Below are positions 47,802 to 59,600 of a DNA stretch of 64,000 nt, piece after piece. This DNA is from Cladosporium halotolerans (lineage: Eukaryota): the NCBI RefSeq assembly GCF_011745625.1, contig NW_027191453.1, positions 310,001 to 374,000 on the forward strand, read 5' to 3'. A model generated the notes under the pieces. The model saw only the letters and a list, made by a program, of their open reading frames with translations. It made no database searches and was not told the origin of the DNA. Within the stretch, counting starts at the first letter, position 1; every line of letters starts with the position of its first letter. A program made the position numbers and the translations under genes.

Positions 47802-49446
47802 TTACGAGCTCGCATAAGCACACGAGCCGAGCTGCCTCTTCTCAGCCGGTTTTTCAATCGAGATGTCGAAATCGAAGATGTCGATGGGAAGACCCTAGAT
47901 CCAATTAGCTCTGAAGTTCACAAGGTCAGAAAGCTGCCGGGACAGGAGGACGTACGAGAGTAGTGCAGGCGTTGGGGATGTCCACGATGCCTGCTATGTG
48001 ACCTTGCACTGGCGCGCAGGAGAGGAGAAGGTAGATTTGGTAGTCGTCATACCCTGGGCTCACGTCAGCACGCACGTTCGGGAGTTCAATCAGAGCACGA
48101 GTCTGTTACCGTATCGCCTGAGATACTCAATGACTCGCAGACACGTCTGCCGGTAAGCAACAGTAGCATCCAGATAGTGCTGCTTGCCATGCTCGTCCAC
48201 GCTGAAGCCCTCGAAGTAGATGTACCTGCCAGGGCCAAACTGCGGCTCTACGGGACCAGGGACGTAGATGGGGCTCTTCATGCCGATCTGCGCCATGCCA
48301 CCCTTCATGACAGAGAACTTGATCGTGATCACACCAGCCATTTCAATGGCACCGCAGAAGGAAATCTCGCCGTCGCCCTGCGAGAAGTGCAGGTCGCCGA
48401 CGGAGAACTTGGCGCCCTTGACGTGCACGGGCAGGTAGACCTTGCTGCCGCGAGAGAGGTTCTTGATGTCGCAGTTGCCGCCATGTTCGGGGCGGCCGGG
48501 GACGGTGCGGGCGCCTGTAGAGAGCCGTCAGGATGACTTCTTATCTCGAGACCCAGCGCTTGACGACTAACCTTCTTTGCCGACCTTCTCCTTCGTCTGT
48601 GCCTCACCGCTGCCAACGTGGACGCCCTTTGGCTCTGGCGGGAGAGCGACGTCGCGGTCCATGTGCGAGCACGCCTTGATCAAATCGGCCTCGCGTTCGT
48701 TCCAGGTTTTGAGGACCTCATGCGAGGGAGCGCATCCTAGCTCGATTGTCAGAACATTTCTAATCGAGTGTTTGAGGCACGATTCGCGGTCGGCTTACCT
48801 AGAATACCAGGGTGGATAAGCCCAGCGAACTTGACACCAGGGATGTGGCGGGACGAGCAGTGGATTCCCTCAAAGTCCCAAATGGCTTTCGCCCTGTTGT
48901 GCTCGTCAATGTTAAGTTCATACCTAGGCCCATCCTCTCACAAAATACATACGGCTTGGGATAGATCTCATCCAAAAAGCCACCGCCATTGTTCTTCGCA
49001 AAGATACCCGTGAAACCCCAGGGCGAGTCTTCGAGCGGCTGAACATCCTGGATGTCCACGACCAGGACGTCGCCAGGCTCGGCAGTCTCGATCTCGAAGG
49101 GGCCGCTGAGGTAGTGGACCTTGGTGAGATCCACGTCCCTGATGTCGTCGGCCGAGTCGTTGTTTTTGATCTGGCCGCCGGTCCAATCGACGCACTCGAT
49201 CTTCACTGTCTCGTTGTTCTTGATGGTGCCGGCGAAGGGAACTGTTCTTGATGTCAGAGCTCGGGGTTGTTCTGGAAAAAGATTTGGGCAGCATACTGTC
49301 TGGGTGCCATCGGTTCTTTTGTGTGGTCAGCAATTTGTTCAAGCTCTCGTTATTGTGGACAGTATGCATACATGAAGGAAAGGCTCGGTCGCGGCATCTT
49401 TGTCCAAGTTGACCTTGTTGACGTATCTCAGTCCTTTAGTAGGCAT
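47802..49446 (-). CDS. fmdS: Formamidase (acetamidase/formamidase family); exons 49446-49372, 49315-49297, 49241-48953, 48893-48799, 48736-48572, 48514-48110, 48053-47956, 47894-47802 (412 aa)
   Basis: Spliced product contains HNRWHPDIP, IECVDWTGGQI, HYLSGP, IHPGILGCAPS, EHGGNCDIKNL, GDLHFSQGDGEISFCGAIEM and VDIPNACTT. Exons sum to 1239 nt in frame. Confidence 0.95.
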
Positions 49447-49477
49447 TTTCGAGCTCCAATGCGATCTGTTGTTAGGT

Positions 49478-49639
49478 TTATCTTGTACTTTTCTGCACGA
49501 TAAGGTCGCGTTTGTTTCCAAAACTCGAGAATCAGGGAATTCGAAGTGAGAAAACAAAGGGAGAACCACACTTATCCATCCCTTCTCCAATCAATGCTGT
49601 CATGCCAACGTGGAAAGAAGAGGGGTAAGCTACGATAAG
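49478..49639. promoter_or_regulatory. GATAA cluster upstream of formamidase (candidate AreA/NIT2 nitrogen-regulation sites)
   Basis: TTATCT 49478-49483, CGATAAG 49498-49504, CTTATC 49571-49576 and CGATAAG 49633-49639, all within 200 bp of the ATG. Some may lie in the 5'-UTR. Confidence 0.55.
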
Positions 49640-50355
49640 AGCCCATGGCCCGCGGTATGGGCGGCGAAGGTCAGATCTCGGTCGCCAGCTCCCAGTGCGT
49701 CGATGCGCGATTGCCGTTCCGCTTCATTAGTCAGTGGAATGCAAGATACGGTTACAAGGCAGACTGCATTCGCCTTCCTCATTGGGCGAGGTGTGAGTGT
49801 TGGCTGTCGAGGACGTGGAGCTAGGGAGCTGGGAGATGGACTTTGGACCTGCGACTGCGGGGCACCGCGTACGTGGGCTGTGTGGATCCTGGCGGCATGC
49901 TGATACCGGCAGGGACGCTTCCTTTGGAGCGAGATCGTGATGTGGTTGTTTTTACATGAGGATGATGAGTATATCCGAATTGATTGTGGAAGTAATGGTT
50001 ACCTGCTCTTTCTTCCCGCGGAGTTGTGAGACTCGGTCCTCCGGCTGCTGGGTTCGATGGATGTAGATCGCAAGGTATCTTTCGGTAATCGGTAATTCCT
50101 GTCAGATAGGAGAAGTGCTCTTGAGTGCAGGTAGGAAGTAAAGGTTGCTTTCGGTCACCAGCTAGATCAATCCTCTATCGCAGGTATTTGTTGGCACAAA
50201 GACGTGACAATCTGGCGTCATAGCGAAGTCACGGCGTTTTGTACGTTTTCGAGCCATTGGAGAGTATTTTGAGCAGGGTCTACGTTCTGCGAAGACAGCT
50301 TTTATACAGCCTGGACATCAAGGTGTCTGGTCTAGCTGAAGCTCAATCTATCATC

Positions 50356-51572
50356 TCACGCAAACTGCCGGCCTTTGACATCACCTGCCGCATCGACTGG
50401 CCCAGCCTTGTGCTTATGGACTCTCGCGTTGATCTTATCAACTGCGTCGAGGGGCAAACTCAGAAACTCGTGCTTGTTATCCCATCTCACATCCTTCTTC
50501 TTGAACTCCTCCATCTCCTGCGGCGGAGGCGGTGGGTCGGTAATCTTGGTGATGAGGTACGCAGTAGATGCTTCAGCGATGCCGTAGATGAGGACACCCA
50601 GAAGAGGAATCTTCAGGAAAACGAAGAATGCGACGGCGAAGCCATACAAAACACCAGAGCGGTCCGAGAACCAAAGCTTCTTCTGCTGAGGCGTGTAGCG
50701 GACTCGGGCGAAGTAAGGATCGAGCTGGAGACAATGTCAGCGCATGCAATGGCGAAAGTAGGTACCGAAGCAATTACGTACCAGCTCTCGCATCAGCGTA
50801 CGGCTAGAGAAATAGCTCTGCAAGAACATAACCAAGTACCTCTTCGGCAGGAAGATACCGCTACCAAAGATCACCACGGCCGGTTGCCATCCAACTGATT
50901 TGTTGAAGGTGTAGAAACTGGCTGCGGGGAGTACAAACCTGCCCACATACGGCAGTAGAGACAATAGGTATACCGCCAGACTGATCCCAGCCTTCTTGGC
51001 GAACCGCATCAAGAACGACTGCACAGCTGCCCACGGATCCTTGTTCTTATCACTGTTCGTGCCCTTCGTCTCATACTGCCGCAAATTCGGGTAATACATT
51101 GCCCTCAAATCGTCCGGATTTTCACCCTTGTGTTTTTGAACGTATGTCTGGTCGACCCAAGCGAGGGAGTCCATGAACATGTTGTCGAGAGTAGGAGTGA
51201 CATAGCGCATGAGCGTCATGAAGAAGAAGGGGACCTGGAGGACGGAATGCTCGATGAAGTGTATGCCCTCGATAACGTCGGCATCCCATGTCGTCTGCGA
51301 GAGATCCGTGAAGAGGCCGAGGAATGATATGAGGACGCGGATACCGACAGTCTGGAGCTCAGTCAGCGGTAGATCTGGAGTACCTTGAATTGAGCATTAT
51401 GCCATACCGGAATGGCTACGACAACTCTGATCACAATGCCCGCCAACACGGCCAATGCTGCCTGCTTGTAATGCTCGCTGGTGAACAACCCTGGATTCTG
51501 CAGAGCGCGAAACGCACCCACGACGGTGAGCTGGGCGCCACGCAAGATGGCATTGGGCTCGAAGTGGCTCAT
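50356..51572 (-). CDS. usgS: Transmembrane protein UsgS (EI24-like); exons 51572-51408, 51351-50782, 50724-50356 (367 aa)
   Basis: MSHFEPNAILRGAQLTVVGAFRALQNP N-terminus, LDNMFMDSLAWVD, FLQSYFSSRTLMREL|LDPYF, YGIAEASTAYLITKITDPPP; several TM helices; two canonical introns. Confidence 0.85.
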
Positions 51573-52225
51573 CACGGTGCTTAGTGTATGTTCGTCAAAT
51601 GGACGACTCTGCCATGAACTTCAATTTAGACCAAGACACGCACACGAGCGATGACGATGACGTACGTGGTAAGGCGAGCAACCAGCTCGGCTCTCTCGGC
51701 TTGCTGCGTCGTCTCGCGGCGGCTGTGGGGAAAGGCGGCCGATCTTCAATCCGTCACGGCAGACCCTTGAGACACGCGATATGCACGCCTTGCATGCGCG
51801 ACAAACGGGGAAAATACATTGCGACTTGGTATATGGTACACGTGATTGTGGCACCGTCTTCGCACGGTAAGCTTCGTGAGATCTACGGTGCGCGAGAGCT
51901 TCGCGATCTGGAACTTCCTCTTTTCGGCCAGTCACATGGGCACGTCCGGGGCATGCATCGGTGCAGCGCTGGGAGCACCCCTGCAGCAGCGCACACGCCT
52001 TGAACTCTCCCAGCGACAACTTCCACACCCCACCAACCTGGACTCCAACTGTGTGTACATTCCTGCAGCCGGGTGAGAACCCTGGTAGGCATTGGAAGAG
52101 CAGAAACGCCACATTCTATGGAAGCCTCACATCGCCCATCTTCTGCCCCTTAGGTCGCTCACGTCCGCGTCGCGTGAGCAATAAACAGACCTGAGATACA
52201 GCAGGCCTCACGGATCTACGCGACC

Positions 52226-54283
52226 ATGTCGACTTCTCCCTCGCCCACCACTCCATGCACGCCAGAGCAAACTACAACGCGACGGGCGGCTATGACCCGC
52301 TCCTTCACAGTTCCACCAAGACTCACAGTAGCTACTCGGGCAGACCCAACTCCTGAAATCGGCGCGGCGGACGGCATTGAGACTCTCTACGTTCACCCAA
52401 GCGCGAGCATAATTAAATTCAACACCGGCGGTTCCCGTCCAGGTAGCAGCTCTGGCCTGTCGCGATCGAGGAACACGGACAACACAGGCACTCTGCCATG
52501 GTCGTACCCTACCGAAACCACAGTCGCGGCCGGGCCGATGGAGATCTACCGCGTCCCTGGTTCCGTCTCTTTCCTACATTCTGGCGCCTTGCTGCATGCA
52601 ATCCTGCCGCGAAGCCAGTGCTGGTGCGTGGACGGCGTGAGCAAATTCGCTTTCCGCGTGCTCCCTGAGACGTACTACAGGATTGAGTTGCCTGGAGAGA
52701 CTGCAGAGGATATGGAGCTTGTGGAGGCTCTCAAGGTGACGCTCAAGAAGGTGCTCTTCTACGAACGCACAGCGTGTCCTTTCGCGCGAGGTTTTACGGT
52801 TGAGTTGCCTGCGGAGGAAGTAAAGATTAAAAAGAGAAATAGTGTCAGGGAAGGACCGGCTAAGAAGTGGAAGTTGCAGAAGGCTTACGATTGGAAGCCA
52901 GAGGGGTGGGAAGAGGAAGAGATGCAAAGGAAGATGAGGCAGGCGGAAGCACAATCCAGTGGAGAGAATTCGCAATCGTCGGGTGAAGAGGAGGACGCGC
53001 CGTCAAAAGGGGACACTCCGACCGGAGAAGAGGAGGACAACGATACGGAAACACCTTCGAGAGCACGGCCGAGGGCTCTAGAGTCGATGCGCTCTGTCAC
53101 GGCACCTCCGGAGCTGCAAGTAAAGTCAACACCACCCTCGCGTGTGCGGTCACGAGTGGAGGCGGTGGAAACCGTCGACCGTGCCCACAAAGCGGAGCGA
53201 GTACGATTCAGCGCTGAAGTGAACCGACGGAGCTCTATACAAGCGAGTAGGGTCTCATCGATACCTGTCGACTTGCCACCGTCGCCGCCAGACTCAAGCG
53301 CAGGCGCTGAGAATCAAATGCTGGACGAAATCAGTGGATCAGACGAAGAACTGGAAGACGAGACTGACGACGCCCGTACTGCACAATCACCAGTAATTTC
53401 CGTGAGCCCCGCACAAGGCGACAACATACCTGCATGGGTGCAAACACCTGGGGACACAAATCTGTCCTCCGATGGACGAGACAGCCATCTCAGCAGCGAT
53501 AATGCTCTGGAAGATGACAGCACTCAGGAAGACCATGAGCCTCAACAAACACCCACTGCTTCTCCCAAAGATGAGAAACATGTCGTCCTTGAGGAAGTAC
53601 CGGCCCCTAACGAAGATGAATTAGCTCGTCAGTTCGGAGACACGAACCTTTCCGGCAATTGCCAATCACAGGATTTCACGGAACAAGACAAGGCTTCTGG
53701 CAAACAAATGAAAGCAAACTTGATCGCTGAACAACCTGGCATAATGCAGAAGCCTGCAACGTCGGCTCGTGGAACTGCCCTGGAAGATCCTTACGCTGCG
53801 ATCCAGGCTCGCATACAAGCCCGCCGGTCTATTGGCGGCACGACTACCTCTTTCGAACCGTCCACGAATGCGCCAACTCGAAAGAGCACAGCATCCACCT
53901 CGACTTCGGCCACCATTGCCTCGAGGCGCTCCCAAAAGACTGACGTTGCTCTGCGACAACAGTCTATTACAGCTGCTCTGGTCAACAAGGCTTGCGCAGT
54001 ATTTCTAGGACCACCCGCACATCTGGTGACAATGATGTTGCGAATCGCTGCGCGATTCTCCCGCGGTGCATTCGGTACCAATGGCATGTTCTTTGTAGAG
54101 TCGCCTATTGGGAGCCCAAGGAGAGTTCCAGGAAGCTTTTACGTAGAAGATGAAGAGGATCTGGCATGGAAGAGTGATGAAGATGATTGGGAAGAAGATG
54201 ATTTTGGCGTGCCACTCAAAAGTCCAGTCAGGATCAGCGGAGTGCGCGAGAGGGCCAGACGGGAGGGCTGGGAGATGGAGTGA
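52226..54283 (+). CDS. INP1: Inheritance of peroxisomes protein 1 (Inp1-domain protein)
   Basis: ETLYVHPSASIIKF..TLPWS..GPMEIYRVPGSVSFLHSGALLHAILPRSQCWCVDG..F..RV..YYRIEL domain, followed by a long acidic low-complexity region. Confidence 0.75.
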   Translation: MSTSPSPTTPCTPEQTTTRRAAMTRSFTVPPRLTVATRADPTPEIGAADGIETLYVHPSASIIKFNTGGSRPGSSSGLSRSRNTDNTGTLPWSYPTETTVAAGPMEIYRVPGSVSFLHSGALLHAILPRSQCWCVDGVSKFAFRVLPETYYRIELPGETAEDMELVEALKVTLKKVLFYERTACPFARGFTVELPAEEVKIKKRNSVREGPAKKWKLQKAYDWKPEGWEEEEMQRKMRQAEAQSSGENSQSSGEEEDAPSKGDTPTGEEEDNDTETPSRARPRALESMRSVTAPPELQVKSTPPSRVRSRVEAVETVDRAHKAERVRFSAEVNRRSSIQASRVSSIPVDLPPSPPDSSAGAENQMLDEISGSDEELEDETDDARTAQSPVISVSPAQGDNIPAWVQTPGDTNLSSDGRDSHLSSDNALEDDSTQEDHEPQQTPTASPKDEKHVVLEEVPAPNEDELARQFGDTNLSGNCQSQDFTEQDKASGKQMKANLIAEQPGIMQKPATSARGTALEDPYAAIQARIQARRSIGGTTTSFEPSTNAPTRKSTASTSTSATIASRRSQKTDVALRQQSITAALVNKACAVFLGPPAHLVTMMLRIAARFSRGAFGTNGMFFVESPIGSPRRVPGSFYVEDEEDLAWKSDEDDWEEDDFGVPLKSPVRISGVRERARREGWEME

Positions 54284-54890
54284 ACGAAACAGCGGCACGG
54301 CGGTGCTAATTCGGCATGACTGAACGAACGGATATATCTAATGTACTTTAATGGAACAAGCAATGAGAAGTGATGACGTCGCGTTATCAAAGGGTCCGGT
54401 GGCATCCGTGTTGCTTCCAGACTTCCGCCGTATCCTACTGCGAGGCTGGAGGCCATGACAGTGCTGGAAATTGAAGCTGTGTCAGTGGAAGGTTCGCACT
54501 ACGCAAACAAACACAGGTACTTGCTTATGCATGGACGCCAAGGGTGTTTCTGCACAATCTACCCCGATCCAACCATTGCTCCCCGCATCCCACACGCCAA
54601 CGCACGGGGAGCCTGAGCGCTCGGTCCAGACGCCAGAGCCAGCACGGCCAGCTACGGCCGCCCTTCATGAATCCACGTAGAGTTCACGTTACCTGATTCA
54701 ACGGGGCCCGCAATGCCCGTCATCACTTGACTACATTTCTCCTTTCATCGCCTGCCTCATTCCTTTGGCATGCGCCGTTGCCCCGTACACCTCGAATTTC
54801 CTTGAAACCCCTATCATCACACCAGGAACGCCATTCCCGTCAGCATCACGTGTGCTTATTTCGACGACAGCCGCCGGCACGTGGTAAGTC

Positions 54891-56537
54891 ATGGCTGAAG
54901 ACCCCACGCATCGCCGGCGCAGCAGCTCCATCGTGCAAGCTGCGGGCAGCAAACACGTGAAGCACGGCTACCGACACTCTTCGCTCGCCTCAAACGCGGC
55001 CATGGAACCGAAGGCGGGCGTCATTCACGAGGACTCGGACCAGGGGCCTTCGAGCTCCGACGTGGAGATGAACGACATGCGTTCAGACGAAGACGACGAG
55101 CTCACGGACGACGAGGAGACGGGACTCACACATGCTGAACGGAAGAAACGGAGGCGGCGGAAGAGGCGGAGCACCTTGCTCGACGCGAGGGTTGCGGGAG
55201 TGCCGGGCGACACGACGAAGACGGAGGAGCAGCTTGCGAAGGCAACCCTGTTGCGCACTTACGCGATAAACGCGGTGCTGATCGGCCTGTGGTACACCTT
55301 TTCTATCTCGATTTCGGTCTACAACAAGTGGATGTTCTCGGAGGACAACCTGGACTTTCACTTCCCGCTGTTCACCACCAGTCTGCACATGGTGGTTCAG
55401 TTCGCGTGCGCGTCTGCCGTGCTGTTCTTCCTTCCGCAGTTCAGGCCTTCACACGGCAGCCATGATCCGCATGCGCAGGGTTACTCGCAGGTCGAGGGGA
55501 GCGAGGAAAACGCCGATCGTCCAGGGAGGCCCAGCAATCCACCGCCCGAGAACAAAGGCCCGCTCATGTCTCGCTGGTTCTACCTCACTCGCATCGGACC
55601 ATGCGGCACGGCAACTGCTCTCGACATTGGCTTGGGAAACTTCTCTCTACGGTTCATCAGCCTGACTTTCTTCACGATGTGCAAGTCGTCCGTGCTCGCC
55701 TTCGTGCTCCTTTTCGCCTTCCTTTTTCGCCTCGAGAAGCCCTCTTGGCGTTTGGGCCTGATCATCCTTCTCATGTCCGCCGGCGTCGTCATGATGGTCG
55801 CCGGAGAGACAGCTTTCAACGCGCTCGGCTTCATCCTGGTCATGACCGCGTCCTTCTGCTCCGGCTTCCGTTGGTCCCTGACGCAAATCCTCCTGCTCCG
55901 CAACCCCGCTACCAGCAACCCCTTCAGCAGTATCTTCTTCCTCACACCCGTCATGTTTCTCGCCCTCTTCGTCCTCGCGCTGCCCATCGAAGGCACCGCG
56001 GACGTAATCGAGGGCATCCGCCTGCTAGCCGAGACCAAAGGCGCCGTTCTCGGCGTGCTCATCATGCTCTTCCCCGGCGCCCTGGCCTTCCTCATGGTCG
56101 CGGCCGAGTTCGCTCTGCTGAAGCGCACCTCCGTCGTCACCCTGTCCGTCTGCGGCATCTTCAAGGAAGTCCTGACCATCTCCGCCGCCGGCGCGGTTTT
56201 CGGCGACGAACTCAGCCCGATCAACGTCAGCGGCCTAGTCGTCACCATCGCCTCGATCGCGGCCTACAACTATCTCAAATATACGAAGATGCGCATGGAG
56301 GCGGAGAAGCAGGCGCACGCGATGCTGGAGGAGTCGGACGAGGCCGGCAAGGCGGAGGATGGGCTCTCGGACGATGAGGCGGGTGCCGTGGAGCCGAAGC
56401 GGAAGCGCAGGACGAGCGCGCTGATGCGCAACAGCTTGTCGGTCGCAACGGGCGATCTTGCGCCTCCTCTACAGCACGGCGGCGGTGGGCAGAGCAGCTC
56501 GCACAGCCCCACCAAGAGGCCGGAGAATCTAGAATAG
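54891..56537 (+). CDS. Triose-phosphate-translocator family nucleotide-sugar transporter (SLC35C2/Ymd8-like)
   Basis: WYTFSISISVYNKWMF, FHFPLFTTSLHM, ATALDIGLGNFSL, TMCKSS, SGFRWSLTQILL, VCGIFKEVLTI; about 10 TM helices. Confidence 0.9.
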   Translation: MAEDPTHRRRSSSIVQAAGSKHVKHGYRHSSLASNAAMEPKAGVIHEDSDQGPSSSDVEMNDMRSDEDDELTDDEETGLTHAERKKRRRRKRRSTLLDARVAGVPGDTTKTEEQLAKATLLRTYAINAVLIGLWYTFSISISVYNKWMFSEDNLDFHFPLFTTSLHMVVQFACASAVLFFLPQFRPSHGSHDPHAQGYSQVEGSEENADRPGRPSNPPPENKGPLMSRWFYLTRIGPCGTATALDIGLGNFSLRFISLTFFTMCKSSVLAFVLLFAFLFRLEKPSWRLGLIILLMSAGVVMMVAGETAFNALGFILVMTASFCSGFRWSLTQILLLRNPATSNPFSSIFFLTPVMFLALFVLALPIEGTADVIEGIRLLAETKGAVLGVLIMLFPGALAFLMVAAEFALLKRTSVVTLSVCGIFKEVLTISAAGAVFGDELSPINVSGLVVTIASIAAYNYLKYTKMRMEAEKQAHAMLEESDEAGKAEDGLSDDEAGAVEPKRKRRTSALMRNSLSVATGDLAPPLQHGGGGQSSSHSPTKRPENLE

Positions 56538-56690
56538 ACCAGTTGTTACGGCATATAAATTGTCACCTTTTCTTATGTTGCAATGATGTTGATCCGTTGA
56601 GTCACTTTTATCATTTATCTATGTCATCAAGCGCTGAAGCCTGATACCGTCGTTTTCACACCTCACAAACAGCAACCCTCACCCTAAATG

Positions 56691-59600
56691 CTAGTTGAAG
56701 TTGAACGCGTTCCTGCAAAGCGGACACGTGCTGGCGTTGCTCGTCTTGAACCACTTGAACAGGCAGCTGGCGTGGAAGAGGTTCTTGCACGTCGGGCAGC
56801 GCTTCTGCGGCAGCTGGCGGTCGGCGCTGATGATCGAGTAGCAGATCGCGCACTCGGTCTGGCCCTTGAGCGCGCCCGTGACGTTGCGGCGGAAGGACGA
56901 GAGGCCGTCGGTGATGGAGCCGTTCTGCATTGCAAGTCAGTGAGCTGTTTGGCTTTGAAGATGTAGGAGGGGCTGACTTACGGAGAAATTGATGACGCCC
57001 TGGCAGTTGCGCAGCCAGCTCTGCCACTTTTCCTCTTTGACGGCGACGCGGCTGACGCCGACGACCTGCGCGGGCGCCAGGGGGTAGGAGTCCGGCAGCA
57101 CGACCTTGATGGCCATGGTCTGCTCGTCGACGACGTACGAGACGTGGATTTCCTTGCTGCGCATGCCGACCTTGATCGTCCACTTGTCGTACTCCGGGTC
57201 GTCTTTGGCGCTCATCTCGTTCCACTCGGAGACGGCCTCCAGGCTGCTGGTGACGATGATCGGGGAGATGTATTTGGCGGTCCAGGATTCGACGGCGAGC
57301 GAGGTCTGGCGTGAGCGGATGTCGAGGTAGTAGGATTTGACCAGGCTGGGCAGGTGGGTGAGGGCGAGGAAGAAGAGGTGGGAGAGGAGGTACTGGACGT
57401 CACGTTCAGGCGTCTCTTCTTGGTCAGGTTGGTAATCTTGAACGTTGAACCTCGAGGCGTCGACGGGCTTGCCACGAGTGTGACCTAGGAAGTCCAGGAC
57501 AAGACTGAGGAGACCAGGCAGGTAGGTACCATCCTTGAGCTGCTCAATGTAGTCGCTCTTGACCTTGTAGCTGGAGTTGGCGAAGTGATCGAACAGAAGA
57601 CGCCAGCTGTAGAGATAACCCTGCAGGCCCAGAGGCATGTTCCGGTCGAACGAAGCATCGGCCAACGAGTCCAAAGTGGGCGGATCAAGGATGAGCGAAA
57701 GCAGCTCATCTGGAAGCTGAGCCGTTCTGTTGTCGAGCGCAGCATCGAAAGAGATCTTTTCCTGAGTGGAAGGTACCTTGACGTGCAGGACGTTGAATGC
57801 AGCTTGCTGAATGGCTCGAGACTGTGTCAACATAAGTGGATACAGATCATCGGTGTCTTGTAGGGCCTCGATCTGCTTCGCGGGTAGCTGGGAAACTTGA
57901 CGGCAGAGCAGCTGGTTCGTGACCATGAGCGGTTGGTGAGACTCGTCCGAGACACCATTGGCGGACGTCAGAAGGTGGAGGAGACTGCTCGAGATTTGGG
58001 ACTGTCGTTCCTTGATTCCATCGACAAGGTCATCGTTGGCATCCTCGACCTTTGAAAGCCTCTGCAGAGTGCTGTAAAGTCTGAGACATGCATTGAGAAG
58101 GGGGATGCTGGTTTCGCTGATGGCCTCCTCGTCAATCCGTGTCCAGAAGCTGACTAGAGCTGACAACAATTGCGCCCAGTGCTCGCCATAGATGTCCTGC
58201 ATTGCCGGTAGCAAATGCGCCAGCGCCTTCGCAACTTCGGCCCTGACAGCCATCGTGTTCTCCGGCTCGAGCCAAGAGATGACGTGCTTGACGAGGAAGA
58301 TCAAGCGTTGCTTGGCGATCACATTGACCACGTCGTCTTGAGAGATGAAGATGGTGTTGAGAGTGATCAGCTCCTGCATACCCCTTTGCGAGTCCTGACC
58401 GATGTCAAGACCGGTTAGATCTGACACAATTTCATTGCACACGCGTTCAAGATACTGAGTGCCAGCCAGCAAATATGCGTGACCAACCACATGTGACTGC
58501 GTGGCAAGGAAATCCTTCTGCTTGCGAAGATTCCTCAAGGTCTCTTCGCCCGTCTTTACAGCCTCAGCTGACCGCCCATGCTGTTCAACCACGACAGAGC
58601 AGATGCGGCTGGAAGCAAGGGCTGCATAGTAGGCTGCAGGAGAGGCATGCGAATCGGATCGCTGCTTCTCAAGGACATTCAGAAAATCGGGCAACTGGGG
58701 CATAGCAGTCTTCTCCAGGACGTTACTGACAGCAGCATTGGCCTCGGAGATGAATTCGACCACGTGTGCGTCTTGCTCTGCACCTGAGACCCATAACGCA
58801 TTGGCGCCAGGGATGCTCAAGTTGTCTTGGGCAAGAAGCACTGTCATGACGAGGTTCGTAGTGATAGTGACAAGATGCTCGGATGCGGTCTCTTGGAGCT
58901 GATGTTGCATATTTGTTGAAACGAGCAGTTTCGCCATGTACATGGAAGTGCGAAGTGCTTGCGAAAGCCCTTCTGCATCTCGAGCCGGCTGGGCCTTCGC
59001 TAGCTCACCATCGCTGATTAGATTCACTGCACCACCGAACGGGCTGAGCAGAGAAAGCGAGGGAGGGGGCGTTGACATGACACTACGAAGTGATGTAGCC
59101 CAAGCTGCCATATCAGGCAATGCTTTTTCGACGTCACCGACGTTGCCATCAGGAACAAGTCGCAGGGTAAGCTCGAGCATTGAATCCATGGTGAGCGACC
59201 TATCGGAAACGGATTCCAGACTCTGTCGAACAACGGAGAACTTGTCAAGGGCTCCGTTACTTTCGCCAGCGATAGACAGCTTGGAAGATAGTTTGCCAGC
59301 CAAATCAGCAACAGCCTCATCTGGAGACTTCTCAAGCCGCAGAAGACTTGTCAGCATCTGATCGGTATTCGAATTGGCACCGACCAGGAGTTCTGAAATG
59401 GCACCCTGTGATGACGAGGCAATGTGGTCCAGCGAGAGCAGGGCATCTTGAGATGCCTCATCGCGGCCAAGCTCCTCATTCAAACTGTCCATAATTGTTC
59501 CGACGGATTGTTGGGAGACAATTTTTGTGGGTAAAAGGTAGGCCAGCAGGCCGGAGCAGGGGACGCTGCGTTCTGCGTTCGGAGTACATAGTGCAACGAT

